63,798 nt of DNA, from assembly GCA_005804965.1 (NCBI GenBank), contig SYOC01000222.1, positions 1 through 63,798 of the forward strand. Direction: 5' to 3'. The stretch is from Pseudomonadota bacterium. GTDB lineage: Bacteria; Desulfobacterota; Binatia; Bin18. A program made the translations under genes and the position numbers. Below, in pieces: positions 7,123-16,656 of this stretch (positions are counted from its first letter, which is position 1; each line of letters opens with the position of its first letter). The notes beneath the pieces are model-generated. The model had not been told where the DNA came from. It made no database searches and saw nothing but the letters and a program-made list of their open reading frames with translations.

Positions 7123-9729
7123 ATGCCCTCCTTCGCTGACACCCTCGAACTGATGCGGATTGAGCTGGAGCAATGCGACGGGACGTTGCTGCTCGTCGGC
7201 GTGTGCGATGATACCAATCTGCGCGACTACGCGATCAAGCGCCTGCGTGACTGTGTGGCGTCGCAGATCAGCCTGCGTGACTTTCGTTACGATCCCGAGC
7301 ACCTCAGTTTCCTCGAAGCTGTGGCCGACTCCACGCAAACGGGGAACGGGCGCGTAGCGCTCTCCGTGACCGGGCTGGAAGAACTTCCTCACGATAAATG
7401 GAGCGAGGCCATCAAACTGCTCAATCTCCAGCGTAATCGCTTCGGCTACACTGGCGCAGCCGTCATCCTGTGGATCAATCGTGCAGCACTCGCGGAAATC
7501 GCTACCAAGTCAGCCGATTTTTTCTCTTGGCGCAGCGGTACGTTCATCATCGAACCACCACCAGGCTGGGACACGCTCGACAGTCAGCGGGAGAGCTACC
7601 TTCAAGCTCTGGTCAAGCAGAACGAGTTCGTCAATCTGCAGGGACTAACTCCTATGCGCGGTGGGCAGATCGTGCAGATGCGCATGGATGACATCTTCGT
7701 GCCGTTGCGTGCCGAGTATGAGGTCCTTGAGACAAAGCTCTTGCGTCTTCCCGCCGGTGTGATGGGGCCGGAAGAATCTGAGGTGCAAGTCATTCAAGAG
7801 GCTGATCTGAGTGTTTCCCTCCGAGGCATAAGATCTTCGCCGAGATCGCAAGTCATGGCGCTGCGGGTTTCGAAGCGTGTACTCGCTGACGAGGATCAAC
7901 AGGACATTCCACCTGAGCTACGAACCACGCTGCAACACTTTTTGGCGGAGGAGCGGCCACGGGTCGAGACCCGCCCGGTGGAAATTGCCGACATGCTCAA
8001 GGACCGTCATGCCGTCGTGCTAGGTGACCCGGGGGCCGGGAAAACGACGTTGCTGCGTTATTTGGTCTACATGCTGGCCAAAGCGCGACTTGGCCACCAA
8101 CCGTCGGCTGTTCTTGAGCAGCAGGCTGACCTCACCTCCTGCCTGCCGGTCTACCTGCGTATCGGCGAGTATGCTCAACACTGTCACTTCCATCCGGAAA
8201 CGACGATCACCGCTTTTGCTCTGACCAGTGCCCAAGCCCGGCAACTGCCGTTGTCCGAGGCGTTGCTCACGCATGAGCTGCAAGAAAATCGCGTCGTCTT
8301 CTTGCTCGATGGGCTCGACGAAATCACTGCTGCCAGTGATCGCCGCGATATGGCCCAGCGCATCGAAGAGTTCGTGCGTGCGCATCCTCAGCGGCGCGTT
8401 ATCATCACCTCGCGCCTGGTGGGTTATCGTGAGGTACCGCTTAGCCAAGAGTTTGCTCAGTTTACCATCCGCCCGTTCGAGCCGGATGATATCCGCCGGT
8501 TCATCGACCAATGGTATGCAGCGCTCCAAGAGCCAGAAAGCGCAGGGGAATTATGTAAGGCGATTGCAGACAGCCCGTCCGTGCGCCGGTTGGCGGCGAA
8601 TCCGCTGTTGCTGACGGTGATCGCCTTGATTCATCGCCGTCCGGCCAAGCTGCCACATCAACGAGCGACACTCTACAAGCTGGCCGCCGAGACGCTGGTC
8701 GATCAATGGATGACTCAGCGGCGCGTGATCCCGGAAGGTTGGGATGTGCAAGAAACCTTGCAGGTGCTGCTGCCGGCGGTGGCGTGGCATCTGCATGCGA
8801 CCACCTCCAGCGGTTTGATCGGTGAGCACGCGTTACACGACCTTCTCGTGAAAACGTTGCGCGAGCAAGACGACGCGTTGCGTGAAGATGAGGCCCAGCG
8901 CCGCGCGGCGCAGTTTCGTCGCAATGTCAGTGAGTTTAGCGGCATCTTTCTGGAACGTGGCCTCGATCAAGAGGGGCGTGGCCTCTACGGTTTTCTTCAC
9001 CTCACCTTCGAGGAGTATTTCGCTGCCGTGCAGTTAAACGACCAATGGGACCGCAAGGGGCCGGCTGCCTTCAAGCCGCTGCTGCATCAGCCGCGCTGGA
9101 CGGAGGTGATGCTCTTAACGGCCGGTCACCTCAGCGAGTCGGGTCGGTTCCGCACTACGGAGTTTGTCAAAGATATTCGCTCGGCACGAAGCCCATACGA
9201 GAAGATTTTGCATCGCGATTTGTTGCTGGCCGCGCGTTGTCTTGCCGACGACATAGGGATCGACGTCGGCCTGCGCCGTGAATTGGTGGCGAAGCTCGTC
9301 GAACATGCGTTTGCCTCCAGTTCGCCTTCTGCACTCCAAGGAGACCTGCGCCAGATGCTCGTTCGTTTCGCTGGAGTGGCCGCCGAAAAAGAGGCAGTGG
9401 CCGCGGTGCTGGGCATGTTGCAGGATAGGGAGGGGAACGTGCGCAGGGCCGCCGTCGCGACCTTGGGGCAGTGGGGGGGGAGTATCGCCACCGGGGAGAC
9501 GCTGAGCGCGGTGCTGGGCATGTTGCGGGATAGAGAGGAGTACGTGCGCAGGGCCGCCGTCGCGACCTTGGGGCAGTGGTCTAGCTTCATTCGCCTTGCG
9601 CAATGGTCGTACACACTAGACGACTTCGCTCGGCTCGCACGCAGTCAACAGGCCGAGAAAAAAGAAGCTGGTTATGTGTGTCTACGTAATGTGCTGGCGG
9701 GCGAGCAGGAAAGTGCTCTCGATGCGTAA
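7123..9729 (+). CDS. NACHT-family STAND NTPase with C-terminal HEAT (PBS-lyase-type) repeats
   Basis: 868 aa. Walker A is VLGDPGAGKTT (8023-8049) and Walker B is VVFLLDGLDEI. The C-terminus carries repeats of the form VRRAAVATLGQW. The N-terminal ~150 aa form an alpha/beta-looking domain without a P-loop. The start lies 14 nt after the previous stop. Confidence 0.85.
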   Translation: MPSFADTLELMRIELEQCDGTLLLVGVCDDTNLRDYAIKRLRDCVASQISLRDFRYDPEHLSFLEAVADSTQTGNGRVALSVTGLEELPHDKWSEAIKLLNLQRNRFGYTGAAVILWINRAALAEIATKSADFFSWRSGTFIIEPPPGWDTLDSQRESYLQALVKQNEFVNLQGLTPMRGGQIVQMRMDDIFVPLRAEYEVLETKLLRLPAGVMGPEESEVQVIQEADLSVSLRGIRSSPRSQVMALRVSKRVLADEDQQDIPPELRTTLQHFLAEERPRVETRPVEIADMLKDRHAVVLGDPGAGKTTLLRYLVYMLAKARLGHQPSAVLEQQADLTSCLPVYLRIGEYAQHCHFHPETTITAFALTSAQARQLPLSEALLTHELQENRVVFLLDGLDEITAASDRRDMAQRIEEFVRAHPQRRVIITSRLVGYREVPLSQEFAQFTIRPFEPDDIRRFIDQWYAALQEPESAGELCKAIADSPSVRRLAANPLLLTVIALIHRRPAKLPHQRATLYKLAAETLVDQWMTQRRVIPEGWDVQETLQVLLPAVAWHLHATTSSGLIGEHALHDLLVKTLREQDDALREDEAQRRAAQFRRNVSEFSGIFLERGLDQEGRGLYGFLHLTFEEYFAAVQLNDQWDRKGPAAFKPLLHQPRWTEVMLLTAGHLSESGRFRTTEFVKDIRSARSPYEKILHRDLLLAARCLADDIGIDVGLRRELVAKLVEHAFASSSPSALQGDLRQMLVRFAGVAAEKEAVAAVLGMLQDREGNVRRAAVATLGQWGGSIATGETLSAVLGMLRDREEYVRRAAVATLGQWSSFIRLAQWSYTLDDFARLARSQQAEKKEAGYVCLRNVLAGEQESALDA
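9403..9583 (+). repeat. 105-bp tandem duplication inside the HEAT region
   Basis: 9403-9474 and 9508-9579 differ at 4 of 72 nt. They encode AVLGMLQDREGNVRRAAVATLGQW and AVLGMLRDREEYVRRAAVATLGQW. Confidence 0.85.
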
Positions 9730-9730
9730 A

Positions 9731-9768
9731 CTGGATTCCGGGTCTCGCGTTGCTCGCCCGGAATGACG
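9731..9768. repeat. REP-like palindromic unit
   Basis: ctggattccgggtctcgcgttgctcgcccggaatgacg is the reverse complement of the unit at 33820-33857 and 61166-61203. It lies in a convergent intergenic gap. Confidence 0.6.
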
Positions 9769-9778
9769 CCCTCGCTGT

Positions 9779-11155
9779 TTAGCCCTTATCTCTACTGTCG
9801 CGGTCTACGAACGATGGCTCCCACCGAAAATCCAACACCGTCTCGCACCATTGCCCGGCGGCGATCAATTTATCTTCGCGGAAGGCGGCGCTCATCAGCT
9901 GGAGGCCGAAGGGAAGGCCGTCGGCACTGAGTCCCGAGGGCAGGTTGAGGCTGGGATGACCGCTGAAGCTGGCGGGTCCGTTGAAGGACGGGTCGCCGGT
10001 GGAGCCCAAACCTTTGGGTGCCGGTGCGGGTGTCGATGGCGTCAGCAGCACATCGACAGATTGACAGAGATTTTCCAAGTCGTGGCGAAAGCGTTGCTGG
10101 TGCCGACGCAGGGCGATGTACTCGGCGGTGGAGATGCGCCTTCCTTGTTCGATAAGATCCTGCATCTGTGGGCTGTACTGGTCTTTGTGCTGCGCGTAGC
10201 GCTCGGCATGTGAAACCGCAGCCTCGGCATACAGCATCTTGAAATGCGCTTCAGGTTCGCCGACGAAACTCTCCGGCAGTCGTACTTCTTTGATGGTCGC
10301 GCCGGCGCGGGCAAACTGCTCGGCGGCGGCCTCCACGTGTTGGCGAGTCGCAGGAGTTGCCTTCTCCAAGAAGAAATCGCGGACCAAGCCAATGCGTGGC
10401 GGCAAAGGGTGAAACGAAGCCGAGCGGTAGTCAGGTACGGGCAGCGAGGAACAAGCTGGGTCGTGCGGATCATCGCCAGCCAGCGCGAACAACAGAATCG
10501 CTGCGTCGCGTACCGTGCGTGTGAACAGCCCGACGTGATCGAGATTCCAACTCAACGCGAACACCCCGTAGGCACTGACCCGCCCGTAAGTGGGCTTGAG
10601 ACCGACACACCCACAGTAGGCCGCCGGGCGAATGGTAGAGCCGTAGGTCTGCGAGCCCAAAGCAGCCGGGCACATAGATGCTGCCACTGCCGCCGCTGAA
10701 CCGCTGCTCGATCCACCGGGCGTGTGCTCCAGGTTCCAGGGGTTATGTGTGGGCGAGGGTTTGAGGGCGGCGAACTCGGTGGTCTGCGCTTTTCCGAGAA
10801 TGACCGCTCCAGCCTCGCGCAGTTTCTGCACGACGGTCGCATCATAATCCGGCACGAAATCTGCACAGATCGGCGACCCTGCCGTGGTCTTCAGTCCTTT
10901 GGTGTAGAAGATATCTTTCAGCGCGATGGGAATGCCATGCAACGGGCCACAATACTGCCCGTTGCGAATCTCGGCTTCACTCTGACGCGCTGCCGCCATC
11001 GCCCCATCGCGGTCTACCGTCACCCAGGCGTGCAGGCGTGGCTCTAAGCGGTCAATACGCTCCAAGCACGAACGCATCAACTCGACGGGTGAGAGTTGAC
11101 CGGCTCGCAATTGTTCGGCGGCGTGGACGATGGATAACGCGGATGGTGCAGTCAT
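9779..11155 (-). CDS. amidase (amidase-signature family, GatA-like)
   Basis: Carries the GGSSSGSAAAVA signature and the KD..YTKGLKTTAGS motif. I place the start at the ATG at 11155 (MTAPSALSIV...). The track start at 11314 would overlap the upstream VOC gene. Confidence 0.85.
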   Translation of the reverse strand: MTAPSALSIVHAAEQLRAGQLSPVELMRSCLERIDRLEPRLHAWVTVDRDGAMAAARQSEAEIRNGQYCGPLHGIPIALKDIFYTKGLKTTAGSPICADFVPDYDATVVQKLREAGAVILGKAQTTEFAALKPSPTHNPWNLEHTPGGSSSGSAAAVAASMCPAALGSQTYGSTIRPAAYCGCVGLKPTYGRVSAYGVFALSWNLDHVGLFTRTVRDAAILLFALAGDDPHDPACSSLPVPDYRSASFHPLPPRIGLVRDFFLEKATPATRQHVEAAAEQFARAGATIKEVRLPESFVGEPEAHFKMLYAEAAVSHAERYAQHKDQYSPQMQDLIEQGRRISTAEYIALRRHQQRFRHDLENLCQSVDVLLTPSTPAPAPKGLGSTGDPSFNGPASFSGHPSLNLPSGLSADGLPFGLQLMSAAFREDKLIAAGQWCETVLDFRWEPSFVDRDSRDKG

Positions 11156-11240
11156 GGTGAGCCTCTGTCCTGAGTCGAATCGGAGAGCCGGTGAATCGGA
11201 GAGCCGGTGATTGGGGAAATTCTTCTCCGATTCAGGTCGC

Positions 11241-11696
11241 TCATTCAACAAGTTCGTCCAATTGGACAAGAATCCCATCGGGATCGACAACGAAGGCGCT
11301 GTTGAAGTTGCCATCAGCTGTCTTGGTGACGCTGGGCGGCACGACGAATTCCACGCCTTTGGCTTTCAGCTCTTCGTACACTCCCGGGAGGTTCTCTACC
11401 CAAAAGGCGAAGTGGTGAATACCAATCTGGTCGAGTTTAATCGCCTCGCCAGAAACCGGCTTGTCGTTATGTTCGGACAGGACGAGAAAAGCTTCTTCCT
11501 TGCCGCGCTTCCAGTACAGCGTCGCGACCCGTCGTTCTTCGTGCGCATCTTTATAGACAGCCGGCAGCACCGTGCCTTTGGTTTTTTGCACTTCGTCGCG
11601 CACGACCTGGAAGCCCAATTGGTCGCGGTAGAACGCGAGCGACTTGTCCATGCTGCGCACGCCAATCGCAATGTGAGAAACACCTTTAGTAATCAT
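11241..11696 (-). CDS. VOC-family (glyoxalase/bleomycin-resistance/dioxygenase) protein
   Basis: 151 aa with GVSHIAIGVRSMDKSLAFYRDQLGF and IGIHHFAFWVENL. Confidence 0.85.
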   Translation of the reverse strand: MITKGVSHIAIGVRSMDKSLAFYRDQLGFQVVRDEVQKTKGTVLPAVYKDAHEERRVATLYWKRGKEEAFLVLSEHNDKPVSGEAIKLDQIGIHHFAFWVENLPGVYEELKAKGVEFVVPPSVTKTADGNFNSAFVVDPDGILVQLDELVE

Positions 11697-11724
11697 TTGA
11701 GGACCCTCCTTTTGTTCTGTTCTT

Positions 11725-13050
11725 TCAAGATGATGCTTCCTGAACCGTGAGCGGTGACACCGTACTAGCTTCCCTCGCCAGCTTTGCCGCTCTGCTACGT
11801 TTCTCGTGGCCTCGGATCGGGATCTGCATTAATGCACCCAAGGCGGCGCTGACTCCGAGAGCAACGAATCCCCAGAAAAACGAGCCGGTTTGGTCGAACA
11901 AATACCCGAGCAGTAGCGGTCCGAGCACGCCGCCAAGCCCGCCACAGAACCCTCCGGCAATGCCAATCGCCGCGCCAAATAGGTGGCCGGGAATCAAATC
12001 AAAAACCAACACCGCAAATCCATTCACCGCTGCCGAGTTCAGAAACAGCGCCACGCTCATCAGGAGAATCGTCACTTCCACTCCGGCGTTTTGCGCCAGA
12101 CCTAAAAGTGCGGGAAACGTCAGCAAACCCGCGAACAAAGAGACGAGGCTACGGTTGCCAAAGCGGTCGCCGATGCTACCGCCAACCAGCATGCCAGCAA
12201 AGGCAGCGAGATAGGGGATCGTTAAATAGACACCACTATTCAAGATGGTGAAGCCACGTTCTTTGACCAGATATCCCGGCAACCAACTCATGGCAGTGAA
12301 ATAGACAAAGGTATTGAAGAACCCCGCGATACATAAAAACCAGAACACGCGCATCCGCGCCAACGCCGCCAGACGTTCACGCAACGGCATCGTCGTCGCC
12401 TCCTGCCCATGCAGTTCAGACGCCACTTGTCCTTGCGCGAGACCTTCACGAAAGCGGATTTTTTCTTCTGACGAGAGCCAGGGGTGCTCATGCGGATGAT
12501 CTCGCACGAACACCGAGAAGAGGACGACTTGGATCAGTGTGAGCGCCCCTACCGCCACAAACATCCAGCGCCAGTCCCATAGGGCGATCAGCCAGCCAAC
12601 GAACGGCATGCCAAACGCAATGCCTAAATAGGCGAACCCGATGAAAATGCCATAGGCTTTGCCGCGTTCGGCGGGCAGTAGCCAGTTATTCTGCAATTTA
12701 TGCGTCATATTGACGGTGGCACCTTCGGAAATGCCAAAGAGCAGACGGACGAGTACGAACTGCCACATGGCGGAGCAGGCTCCGGTCAAGGCCGTGAGCA
12801 CACTCCAGAGAAGGATCATCCAGGAATTCAGACTGCGGAGTCTGAGCTGGTCGCTGACCAAGCCGCTCGACACATGCCCAAGCAGATAGCCCCAGTAATA
12901 GATGCTGAGCACGAACCCCATTTGCGTGCCGTCAAACTGTAACTCATCCATGATGCGCGGCGCGGCTAAGGAAATGTTCACGCGGTCGAGCACCAGAAAA
13001 AAGGACCCAATCCACAGCACCCCCATGACGAGCAGACGAACGCCTTGCAT
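11725..13050 (-). CDS. MFS transporter
   Basis: About 12 TM segments with an MFS-like layout. The ATG at 13050 is directly preceded by AGGAGGAAGC. Confidence 0.85.
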   Translation of the reverse strand: MQGVRLLVMGVLWIGSFFLVLDRVNISLAAPRIMDELQFDGTQMGFVLSIYYWGYLLGHVSSGLVSDQLRLRSLNSWMILLWSVLTALTGACSAMWQFVLVRLLFGISEGATVNMTHKLQNNWLLPAERGKAYGIFIGFAYLGIAFGMPFVGWLIALWDWRWMFVAVGALTLIQVVLFSVFVRDHPHEHPWLSSEEKIRFREGLAQGQVASELHGQEATTMPLRERLAALARMRVFWFLCIAGFFNTFVYFTAMSWLPGYLVKERGFTILNSGVYLTIPYLAAFAGMLVGGSIGDRFGNRSLVSLFAGLLTFPALLGLAQNAGVEVTILLMSVALFLNSAAVNGFAVLVFDLIPGHLFGAAIGIAGGFCGGLGGVLGPLLLGYLFDQTGSFFWGFVALGVSAALGALMQIPIRGHEKRSRAAKLAREASTVSPLTVQEASS

Positions 13051-13208
13051 GCTTCCTCCTTTTGGTGTGGGGATTATCATGCGCAAGCCAGACCCGTGTC
13101 AATGGCAAGTCGCTCCCAAGTCGCTCCGTTAAACAGTTTGCGGACTTGACGACGGGTGGACGCTCACGCCATGCTGCACTGACGTGACTTTTGAAGGAGA
13201 CTCAGCAC

Positions 13209-14999
13209 ATGGACATCGCCGGGCACAAAGCCGAAGGCATTCAATGGAACCTCAACGAACTCTATGCCGGGACAGACGACCCACGTCTCGAAACCGACCT
13301 CGCCGAAGCCAAACGACAAGCTGAGGTGTTTGCCGCCCAATATCGCGGCAAGGTTGCCAGCGGCACGCTAGACGGGCATGCGCTGGCCGGCATCTTGGCG
13401 GAATATGAAGCGCTGGCCGAGCTGGAGCATCGGCCTTCGTTTTATGCGTCGCTGCTCTTCGCTGGCGATACGCAAAACCCTAAAGCCCAACGCCTCGCGC
13501 AACGCACCCGCGAAGCCGCGACGGAGATTGGCAATCTCTTGGTGTTCTTCTCGCTGGAGTTGATTGGCCTCGACGACCACTATACTGCCACGCTGCTAGC
13601 GGCACCGGAGATGGACCGCTACCGACACTACGTCGAAGCTGTGCGTCGCTTTAAGCCTTACACACTCAGCGAGCGCGAAGAGCAGCTGTTGAATCAAAAA
13701 GATCTCACCAGCAGCAGCGCGTTTCAGCAGCTCTACGAAGAGCTGACCGGTTCGCTCCGTTTTACCCTGACCATTGATGGAGAAGCCAAAGAGATGACCG
13801 ACGGCGAAGTGATGGCGTTGCTGCGTCATCCCGATCAAGGGCTACGCGAGCACGCTTTTACTACCTTTCTGGAAACGCATGCCAAGCATTCTCTCGTACT
13901 CACGTCGATCTTCAACAACATCTTCCTCGATCACAAGATCGACTGCGAGATGCGCCAGTATCCAGACGTGACGTTGCCGACGCACCTGTCGAACGAAATC
14001 GCACCAGAGACGGTCGAAGCTATGATGCAGGCCGTCGAGCGCCATTATCCACTCGCTCAGGAATATTTTCAGCTTAAAGCGCAGCTCTTGGGCGTTGAGA
14101 AGCTGAAGAATACCGATCTCTACGCGCCGATTGAAGCAGAAGTTGAGCAGGTAACTTTCCCTGAGGCGCAGGACCTGATTCTCACCGCTTTTGGTAGTTT
14201 CAACGAACAGTTTGCCGCACTCGCCGCCGACTTCTTCGACAAGCGATGGATCGATGCCGAAGTGCGGCCAGGGAAGCGGGGCGGTGCTTTTTGCGCGGCA
14301 CTGTCGCCGCATCACCATCCCTACGTGCTGTGTAGTTTCAACGGCACCGGGCGTGATGTTTCGACCATCGCTCACGAACTCGGCCATGGGATTCATTACT
14401 CGCTGGCGCGGCGTCAGACCTTGCTGAATTACGATGCCCCGCTGGTTTTGGCGGAAACCGCCTCGGTGTTTGCCGAAATCGTGTTGACCCGGCACCTGCT
14501 GGCTCGTGCGAAAAGTCCGGCGGCGCGGCGCGGCATTTTGTGTGAAACCATTGAGGAAATGTACGGCACGGTGTTTCGTCAGACTGCGCTGACACGCTTC
14601 GAGATGGCTGCGCATCAGCAACGGCGCGACGGGCAGTTATCCGCCGACGACATCGCCGCACTGTGGCTGCAAGAACAAGAGAAGGTGTTCGGCCCCAGTG
14701 TGGATATGATCCCCGCCTATCGCTGGGGGTGGACGTACATCGGTCATTTCATCCACAGTCGCTTCTACTGTTACTCTTACTCTTTCGGCGAGCTGCTGAC
14801 GCTGGCGTTGTATCAGCGCTATCTCGATGAAGGCGAGGCGTTCGTTCCCGGGTATCTTCGCCTGTTAGAAAGCGGCGGCTCGCAACGCCCTGAAGTCGCC
14901 CTTGCGCAGATTGGTATCGACATTAACCAGCCCGAGTTTTGGGATCGCGGGTTTCGGGTGATTGCCGGGCTGCTCGAGGATCTACGGGCGACGTTGTGA
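13209..14999 (+). CDS. pepF: M3-family oligoendopeptidase F
   Basis: Carries the HELGHGIH zinc motif and has PepF-like length. The ATG at 13209 follows GAAGGAGA. Confidence 0.85.
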   Translation: MDIAGHKAEGIQWNLNELYAGTDDPRLETDLAEAKRQAEVFAAQYRGKVASGTLDGHALAGILAEYEALAELEHRPSFYASLLFAGDTQNPKAQRLAQRTREAATEIGNLLVFFSLELIGLDDHYTATLLAAPEMDRYRHYVEAVRRFKPYTLSEREEQLLNQKDLTSSSAFQQLYEELTGSLRFTLTIDGEAKEMTDGEVMALLRHPDQGLREHAFTTFLETHAKHSLVLTSIFNNIFLDHKIDCEMRQYPDVTLPTHLSNEIAPETVEAMMQAVERHYPLAQEYFQLKAQLLGVEKLKNTDLYAPIEAEVEQVTFPEAQDLILTAFGSFNEQFAALAADFFDKRWIDAEVRPGKRGGAFCAALSPHHHPYVLCSFNGTGRDVSTIAHELGHGIHYSLARRQTLLNYDAPLVLAETASVFAEIVLTRHLLARAKSPAARRGILCETIEEMYGTVFRQTALTRFEMAAHQQRRDGQLSADDIAALWLQEQEKVFGPSVDMIPAYRWGWTYIGHFIHSRFYCYSYSFGELLTLALYQRYLDEGEAFVPGYLRLLESGGSQRPEVALAQIGIDINQPEFWDRGFRVIAGLLEDLRATL

Positions 15000-15049
15000 T
15001 AAGAGACCGGGCAGGCCGACGCCTGCCAGCGGTATGGTCAAGTGATGAG

Positions 15050-16117
15050 CTACGGTTGGCCACCTCGAACGGCACGTACCATGAGCTCAAAACGCGTAAC
15101 CCGCTCAAGGACCTCACCGCGACTGAAATCCACCAGCCATGCTGCGTAATCTGGTTGGTGTACGAAGAGAGTTGAAGTCCAGTAGTAGCCATCTCTCGTT
15201 GGACCAAACTCGGGGTCGATGCTTGGATGAAAGCGCGTATCATCGACGATGCGCTGAAGCTCCTGCCTCGTCGGCACCCGCCAGTCATTGTACCCGGCAA
15301 ATCCCGTTCCCCCTTCGGCATTGATGGCATTGATCCAGGTGCCGTTCGCCGTCTCCCAGTCGTAGGTGTTATTGGCATCGTGCAGGTTGTCGAAGTTCGG
15401 AAAGGCATCGAGATTCGTCTTCTTCTCCCACATGAGATTGGTTTCCGTATCCGTCACCGTCCCGTCGCCGTTGTCATGAAAACGTGCTGCCGGGACGGGC
15501 GGACCATCATTGATGCTATCTACGATGGTGAACGTTTGGGAGTTGCGTTGCCAGGCGAGTCGGAGATTGACCTCTTGGTCTTGTTGGGTTGCTTTATCAA
15601 TGGCATGAGCACCAGTGATCGCGATTTCTTGACTGGTGGTCATCGCAACCGTGGCCTGCGCGAGATTCAATTCATCGAGAAATTCAAACTCCCCTGGGCT
15701 GACGACGGTAATCTGATGGCTTTGCGTCATTTCACTGACACCATCGCTGACGCGGATAGCGATGGTATGATTGCCGGAGGACAGAGTGTTGAAATTATAG
15801 AGCTGGCCGAAGCCGCTTTGCAGTCCAAGCGGTCCATTTGCGTTCGCGACATCTTGACGCTCCCCACAGCAGGGAATGATAGTGGCAGGGTCGCTATCGA
15901 TCTGCATGCTCACAGTCACCGCCGTTCCGAGAGTCGAAAACGCCCACCCAGAGATCAGCCCGATCCCACTGACTTTTTGAAAGGTGGCAGGCACTTCAAA
16001 TACCATCTGGATGTCAGCACTTGCGGGTGGCCCCCCTCGTTCTACTAACAGCGAACCAAATACAGCCATGGCGAGTGTCCACACTACACCTCGCCCACCA
16101 CGAAACAGTCCTCGCAT
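15050..16117 (-). CDS. secreted DUF1566 (Lcl C-terminal domain) protein
   Basis: Has a signal peptide. The C-terminal region reads DNGDGTVTDTETNLMWEKK...YNDWRVPTRQELQRIV, typical of DUF1566. Confidence 0.7.
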   Translation of the reverse strand: MRGLFRGGRGVVWTLAMAVFGSLLVERGGPPASADIQMVFEVPATFQKVSGIGLISGWAFSTLGTAVTVSMQIDSDPATIIPCCGERQDVANANGPLGLQSGFGQLYNFNTLSSGNHTIAIRVSDGVSEMTQSHQITVVSPGEFEFLDELNLAQATVAMTTSQEIAITGAHAIDKATQQDQEVNLRLAWQRNSQTFTIVDSINDGPPVPAARFHDNGDGTVTDTETNLMWEKKTNLDAFPNFDNLHDANNTYDWETANGTWINAINAEGGTGFAGYNDWRVPTRQELQRIVDDTRFHPSIDPEFGPTRDGYYWTSTLFVHQPDYAAWLVDFSRGEVLERVTRFELMVRAVRGGQP

Positions 16118-16196
16118 AAATCATCTCTCCTGGTCGCAGATCCTAGCTCAGCTACGCACGTTCTCGGGCGGCTCGGCGAGCCGCCCTTACTTCACT

Positions 16197-16511
16197 TCAG
16201 CCTTTCCCCTCCACTACGATGTGTTCCTCCCCGAAGAGCACGACGATTTCACCGGAGCGACCGCTGGCGCTTTGTCGTGCGGTCTGTCCTTCCTGAGTGG
16301 CGAAGATCTTTTCCATGTCTTCTTTGCTGTCGAACCAGACCTCGGCCACGCCGTCGTAGCGTTGGTCGCCGCTGGTCATCAGGTTGACGGCGTATTTCTT
16401 GAGACCAGGGAAGCGCTTCACCAGCGTTGTATGCTCCTTCAGCCACCACTGGTGAAAGTCTTCCAAGCTCACGCCTTCCGGACGTTTGAGAATGCCGAAT
16501 AGCTTGTACAT
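16197..16511 (-). CDS. EthD-family protein
   Basis: 104 aa from the ATG at 16511, which is preceded by AAAGGAGGAG. It begins MYKLFGILKRPEGVSLEDFHQWWLKEHTTLVKRFPGLKKY. Confidence 0.7.
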   Translation of the reverse strand: MYKLFGILKRPEGVSLEDFHQWWLKEHTTLVKRFPGLKKYAVNLMTSGDQRYDGVAEVWFDSKEDMEKIFATQEGQTARQSASGRSGEIVVLFGEEHIVVEGKG

Positions 16512-16656
16512 ACTGCTCCTCCTTTTCCGCATGGGAAATACACGTGCGAGGGTATCTTGCCCTTGTTCGAACGACAAGAACGTTGCCTTCCCAGGCAATA
16601 TGGGGTAGGCATAACTGCGCTTTTCAAGGGAAGTCTCGTAAGGAGGAGTTTGAACT

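Noticed and set aside
9115-9614. Two 162-aa minus-strand ORFs with internal repeats
   Set aside because: They are antisense to the duplicated HEAT units of the NACHT gene, and their repeats mirror the sense-strand duplication.
15227-16048. 273-aa ORF on the plus strand
   Set aside because: It is antisense to the DUF1566 gene and has no motif or RBS, so it is a shadow ORF.
16560-16590. Small palindrome cttgttcgaacgacaag in the EthD / CoA-transferase divergent gap as an operator
   Set aside because: It is only a 5-bp stem plus a GTTCGAAC core. No adjacent regulator gene and no second copy are present, so the evidence is too weak to call.
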